This document shows, piece after piece, positions 58,110-64,000 of a DNA stretch of 64,000 bases. The DNA is from Eledone cirrhosa. Lineage: Eukaryota. A program made the position numbers and the translations under genes. The notes under the pieces are model-generated. The model was not told where the DNA came from. It saw only the letters and a list, made by a program, of their open reading frames with translations, and ran no database searches. Position 1 is the first letter of the stretch, and the number at the start of each line of letters is the position of its first letter. The DNA is taken from positions 13,764,001-13,828,000 of the forward strand of contig OZ024759.1 in the NCBI GenBank assembly GCA_964016885.1, read 5' to 3'.

Positions 58110-58196
58110 GTAATTGATAAAAAGAACATCTATTTTATTAATATGTGTATTTTAATATATATATATATATATAAATATATTTTATATATATATATA

Positions 58197-58254
<58 letters not shown>

Positions 58255-58258
<4 letters not shown>

Positions 58259-58905
58259 AAAATATCTGGTAGAGAATGTTGAGAAGCCAGAGGGGATCAC
58301 TAATGTAGGCAGGAAGCCGCTAGAATTGGTTGAGGGCTTCCTGTATTTGGGAGCAAAGATTGGGAATACGGAAGATGATGTGGTTGAGAGGAAGAGCAAG
58401 GCCTGGGCGGCGTGCCACAGCTTGAGATCGGTGTGGAAGTCGGACCTTCGTAGAGACCTGAAAATCCGCCTTTTCATTGCTGTAGTGGAGTCTGTGCTGC
58501 TGTATGGGTCCGAGACTTGGACACTGACCAAGAAACTCACTCAGATGGTGGATGGGTGCTACACGAGAATGCTGAGGATGGGTCTGAACATTAATCAGTA
58601 TACACTGAGGATGAAAAACTCAGAGCTGTATGGGAGCATCCCAAAAGTCAGCTCAAAAGTGACACAGAGGAGACTGAGGTTGGCTGGACGTGCTCACCGA
58701 TATCCAGAGTTGACATTGCGCTCAGTGCTCCTTTGGGAGCCCCTGCATGGACACACTGGAAGAGGAAGACCAAGGTTAACGTATGTTGATGCCCTAAGGA
58801 CAGACACTGGTTTGTTGGAGACGCAGGACATGGCAGTGATAATGAGGGACAGAGACCGCTGGAGAGAACTCGTCCATGGATCTCGGGAATTTTACCCGCC
58901 TTAGA
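58255..58905 (+). mobile_element. 5'-truncated RTE-like LINE family B
   Basis: FLYLGAKI, SVLLYGSETWTL, RRLRLAG, GRGRPRLTYVD. Confidence 0.88.
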
Positions 58906-59050
58906 ATATATATAAATTGAAGGGGTATTTAATTTGTTGGAAGTCCGACAAATATAAATGTTTATAACTGATTTAGAGCACTCAACAGTTTAGTGGAGTA
59001 AATATTCAATGATATTAAATAAATGGAAACTATATTTATAAAACCATATT

Positions 59051-59113
59051 TATTTTATTATATATATTTCAAGGGTACCAAGACACATTGGTACGCTTTC
59101 CTCAGATAAAATA
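59051..59113 (-). ncRNA. Type I hammerhead (family of 41193)
   Basis: Minus strand: TATTTTAT-CTGAGGA-AAGCGTACCAA tgtgtc TTGGTACCCTT-GAAA-TATATA-TA-ATAAAATA. Confidence 0.85.
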
Positions 59114-59569
59114 CAAAGTTTGTTTTATAAATAGAGATATGCCCATGAAAATCATACCTTATCGGTTGGATATTCACTAGATAGTGGAAATATATTAGGG
59201 ATTTTTCAAACTTATGTGTGAATATGCAAATGAATATGTAAATAATTGAAAAACAACCGTTTATTTAAACGGCTATGGAGAGAGAGAGAAGAGATCAGAG
59301 AAGGATAAAATAGTGTGAGAGAGAGAAGAAAGAAACAAGAGAAGATGAATAAAAACTCATATAATGTTAATTTGAGGGAAATATATTCGAAGTATATATC
59401 TTAATAGTACATGTATTTACGATTATTAGTTGTTTAAAATTTGTTTATAATATAATACTTTTATTCTGTTATAAGTAGATAAATAAGTAGATAAATAAAT
59501 AAATAAATAAATAAATAGATGGGTATATCATGTTATAGATAATTTTTCTAATGAGTTATGAGGGATATT

Positions 59570-59860
59570 GGTTTTGTATTTAATGTAAATAAATATTAAG
59601 TTAAATTTGATATCTTTGATCATCTTGAAGAAGTCTTCCTCAAATGGTTCAAGTAGGCTGTTGGTGGGTGGTGCCTTATCCGAACTTATTATTGGTAGAT
59701 GCTACATCAGGGTTGTCGAGGAAGAAGGCTCTCCATCTAATTCGCTTGATGAACTCGTCGGTATGTCTGATGAGTGTTTTTAGGTAAAGTTTCCTTGAAG
59801 GGATGGGGATGTTCTTCTTGGAGACATCAAGGTTGAGTTTGGTCAGCATAGTTTCTTGGT
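59570..59860 (-). mobile_element. Penelope-like ORF N-terminal fragment
   Basis: SKKNIPIPSRKLYLKTLI...FIKRIRWRAFF. Confidence 0.65.
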
Positions 59861-59923
59861 GATGGTTATAAGGGGCACTAAGAGTGCTAAAAGGTAAGTT
59901 ACTCAATACATAGAGTATAAAAG

Positions 59924-60217
59924 TTTAATATAGAAGAGCTTCTACAGGACTAGAACTGTTTAGGAGGCGAGTGTTTCTGATTTGATTTGTCCGGTCTTCT
60001 GAAGGAGTGAGTATGGGCATACCACCGGGTCTTAAAATTATTGGAAGTAATGCCGATGTAAGTCTTTTTGTTGTTGACTTACATCGGCATGACTTCCAAT
60101 AATTTTAAGACCCAGTGGTATGCCCATACTCACTCCTTCAGCAGCCCGGACAAATCAAATCAGACAACACTCGCGTCCTAAACAGTTCTAGTTCTGTAGA
60201 AGCTCTTCTATATTAAA
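59924..60217. repeat. Fold-back element (arms about 140 bp) ending in the 3' tail of the 17855-family hammerhead
   Basis: tagaagagcttctacaggactagaactg... mirrored by ...cagttctagttctgtagaagctcttcta. Confidence 0.9.
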
Positions 60218-60459
60218 ATATATATATATATATATTGCCCGTCTAACCCATGCTAGCATGGAAGAACGGACGTAAAACGGTGATGATGATGATTATATAT
60301 ATATATAGTGGACATGTCGGCGCCATGGAAAAAAAATCACCCAGCACTCACTGTAAATGAGGTTGGTGTTAGGAAGGGCATCCAGCTGTAGAAATCAAGC
60401 CCGAATCAGTTTCCATATGAGCAAGACAAGGTCAGCCGACTGGACACTGCTCACAACAG

Positions 60460-61541
60460 GACAACCTGTCTAACTCCATGGATTCCTTCAACTTTTAGTG
60501 CTCTGTACCTTTTTATGCAGCTGTCATCCTTCATACGCATCACATGTCTATACCAACATATCCTCCTCTCCTGCACACAGCATTTGATTCCTCTTATTCT
60601 CAGTCTCTCTCTCAGTTCGTTTATGCTTTGCCGTTCGTGTATATTATCATTACACATCCATCGGAGCATGCAGGCTTCGTTTCTTTCTAATCTACAGCGC
60701 CCAAGCCTCACTACCATGTAATATTGCTGTTCATATACACGCATCATATAGTTTGCTTTCATTTTAAGGGAAAAGCCTTTTGCATCTAGCAGTGGCAGTA
60801 GCTCCTGAACTTCTTCCATCCCGTTCTTACCCTGGTTACTGTACTTTCAGAACACCCACCTCCACTGCTAATTTGGTCACCTCGGTAGCAGAAGCTGTCT
60901 ACTGTTTCTACAGAACCGTCCCAGAGTTTGGTAGTGCTTGTTTCCTGTGGTTGTTTTCTGCTTACTGTCCCAGTGCAGCTGCTACATGTAAAGCCAACAT
61001 TCCTAACTAAGCTTCCTGAGATCCCACTACATCTCTTGTGTACCCATTGTCTGCATTTGGGACAGAGGATAGAATTCCTACGAACACCTTTCATACATAC
61101 TGACCAAGGCTATTTCCCAGAGCGGATCTGGGTTCTGTTTTCTCGTCTACTTATGAGGACCTTAGTTTTTGACAGGTTGACTTTGAGACCCCATTTTTTC
61201 TAATCTCTGCTTCCATGTTTGGAATTTCTTCTTTAGTTCCGCCATAGATTCAGCTATAAGTGTAAGATCATCCGCATACAGAAGTTCCCATGGGCATCCG
61301 GTCTTAAACTCCTCTGATATAGCCTGAAATACTATAATAAACAGGAGAGGCCTAAGAACAGAGCCCTGGTGGACACCGACCTGTATGCTAAATTCCTTGC
61401 TATAGTCATTGTTAACCCTATACATGGCTTGTACAGCTTTCAGAAGCCATTCATCTATTCCAACTCCTAATTTTCTAACAGCCCACCAAATTATAGCATG
61501 GGGCACTCTGTCGAAGGCTTTTTCCAGATTAACAAATGCCA
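60460..61541 (-). mobile_element. Diverged RTE LINE fragment; another at 62520-63020
   Basis: LEKAFDRV, GVHQGSVL, LYADDL, decayed PHD-like finger. Confidence 0.85.
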
Positions 61542-61610
61542 TATATATATATATTAATAAAAGATTGGAGGCCATATTTCGTTGATTCAGGTTTATTTAT
61601 ATTTAAAACT

Positions 61611-61668
61611 CCATTATACATATTTCACTGAGGACTATCAGTTAAAATAGCCTGAGCTCTTCAGATGG
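61611..61668 (-). ncRNA. Type I hammerhead motif
   Basis: Minus strand: CCAT-CTGAAGA-GCTCAGGCTAT...ATAGTCCTCAGT-GAAA-TATGTA-TA-ATGG. Confidence 0.7.
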
Positions 61669-63124
61669 CAAAATCTAAAAATACATTGAAAGTTCCTAAG
61701 AAACCTATAATTTGAAAAAATCCAATAATTTCCCCGAAAAAGATTTTCCTTTCATGATACAGGGAGCTGGCCAAATGCACGGTGTTGTTTCTTTGCTGGC
61801 TGGCCCCTGTATAATAAAGCTCCGATTTGCACCCTTTATCCAGGTCGTTGAGCGCTTCTTTTTATCAGCTTCACAACCGACAGACAATAATGTGGTCTGC
61901 ACATCTCTGTCCGGTTAACCCCACGCCCTAATATATCATCATCATCATCATTGTTTAACGTCTATCCTCCACGCTAGCATGGGTTTAGACAGGAATTGTC
62001 CCACTTGAGGCAAAATTGGTCGTCTCGCTCGTATAAGACTGTCTGGCAGGTTTTCTATGGCTGGATGCCCTTCCTATCACAAACCACATTTACAAAATAT
62101 AAAACAATCAAATTTTTGTTCGAAATTTGATTGTTTTATATTTTGTATCCCTGCTTTGTAATACATCAGATAATTTACATTAAGCTTTTTCTCTAACTGG
62201 TAATTGGGTAGTGCTTAGTACTACCCTTTCATATTTATAATTATATATAACTCATATATAAGTGTAAATAATCATCATCATCATCACCGTTTTACGTCCG
62301 TTCTTCCATGCTAGCATGGGTTAGACGGGTTGTCCTGTTGTGGGCAGTGTCTGGTCGGCTGACCATGCCTTGCTCATACAGGAACTGATTTTGGCTTGAT
62401 TTCTACAGCTGGATGACCTTCCTAACACCAACCTCATTTACAGTGAGTGCTGGGTGCTTTTCCCGTGGCACCTCCACGACCACCTTGCAGTGGGAGGGTG
62501 TGGGGGCATATTGTCTATATGCTTCAGCTTGTACCCATGGGAGGTTGCGTACTCTGTATTACTGCGTGACGCCAGAGGTCACGGTCGTGTGTCATCACCT
62601 TTGAGAGGTGTAATTGGGTAAGGTCGGCTTTTATCACCTCATCCCAGGTCTTCTTGGGTCTCCCCACTCCGCGGTTTCCATTGACTTCTAGTGCTCTGCA
62701 CCTTTTTATGCAGCTGTCATCCTTCATACGCATCACATGTCCATACCAATGCAACTGCCTCTCCTGCTCACAGCATTTGATTCCTCTTATGCTCAGTCTC
62801 TCGCTCAATTCATTTATGCTTTGTCGTTTGCGTATATTACTATTACACATCCATTGGAGCATGCAAGCTTCATTTCTTTCTAATCTACGCAAGTCTACAC
62901 ACAGCGCCCAGGTCTCACTAGCATGTAACATTGCTGTTTGTATGCACGCATCAAACAGTCTGCCTTTCATTTTGAAGAAAAGCATTTTGCAGCTAGCAGT
63001 GGCAGTAGCTCCTTGAACTTCTTATATATATATGTGTGTGTGTGTGTGTTAAGTATTTCTGTAGAAAAGGTAAAGGAAAGAAGAAAGCTATTTACTTACA
63101 TAATAAACAACACAATATAATTAT

Positions 63125-63192
63125 TCCATTACAAAAGGTTTCAGGAGACTAAACGATCCTTACAGAAACATCCGGCCGGTTCATCAGATGAA
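63125..63192 (-). ncRNA. Hammerhead motif within fold-back 63102-63270
   Basis: Minus strand: TTCAT-CTGATGA-(38 nt)-GAAA-CCTTTTG-TA-ATGGA. Confidence 0.55.
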
Positions 63193-64000
63193 TGGGCCGG
63201 ACGTTTCTGTTAAGATCGTCTAGTTTCTTGAAACCTTTGGTAATGGGATAATTATATTGAGTTGTTTATCAGGTAATTAAATGAAATATATATATGTATA
63301 TAAAGTTGTAGTTCCTGTCTGTTTGTTTGTTTGTTCAAGAACTCCTCCTATGGTTTTGGAGATAGACCTCCATAACCATATATATTCTGAAACTACATTG
63401 CCCAGGGTACTTGCATAAGTATATTTCATTTTAATCAAAGGTTCCCCGGGGGCACAAACCCCCGCTGAAAATGTTTCCCCTTCGATTTATATGAAATTTA
63501 AACCATAGGTATGATGCCTATTCACAAAAGTTTTGAATTGATATTTTGAAAAAGATTATTTACAAGAAAGAAAATAAGAATAAGCTTTAATAATGTAATT
63601 TTGATTTGATATATTACAAAAAATAATGTTTTCCAATTTTTCATGCATTACATTTGACATTGAGTAATATTGAAATGCAGAGTTTTTCTCCATGGGATTG
63701 GCAGTATCGGTTTGAGGGTCGGGCGCCATGCTTTGCAGCATAAAGTTACGGTCCTTTGTAGTCTGAGTTCAAATCCCGCCGAGGTTAACTTTGCCTTTCA
63801 TCCTTACGGGGGTCGATAAAATAAAGTACCAGTAATTCGCTGCGATAATTGCTGGCCTTGTGCCAAAAGTATAAACTATTTTCTTACAAAAGAAATGTGT
63901 GAAACGCAGCAAGGCGCGGATATATATATAAAAAAAAAGGATCGATTGACTTTCGTCAAATCGGACCGAGGAAACAATGTTTACGTCGGTCTTTTCAGTT

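Noticed and set aside
63295-63560. Possible non-autonomous Helitron-like 5' end with (GTTT)n
   Set aside because: No 3' hairpin or CTRR terminus identified; too weak to call.

Overview
AT-rich, repeat-dense animal DNA, probably from an octopus or other cephalopod (inferred from the repeat families; not verifiable here). The only host gene I can support is the 3' part of a + strand chitin synthase: three exons (4380-4777, 6762-7428, 18750-20161) with GEDRW, QRRRW and WGTRE motifs and phase-compatible GT-AG splice sites. The rest is mostly transposable elements embedded in (TA)n tracts: 5'-truncated RTE-clade LINEs with a PHD-like finger, a second RTE-like family, two tRNA-derived SINE families, Penelope-like (GIY-YIG) remnants, a DD37D (maT) and a DD34D mariner, MITEs, and CR1/L2 and CRE-like fragments. 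There are also minisatellites and a 200-N gap. The most striking feature is about 17 hand-foldable type I hammerhead ribozyme motifs from several unrelated families. Many sit in short fold-back elements carrying an outward-pointing hammerhead on each strand, and several share a mismatch at the fourth pair of stem II. All structures were folded by eye, and activity is untested.
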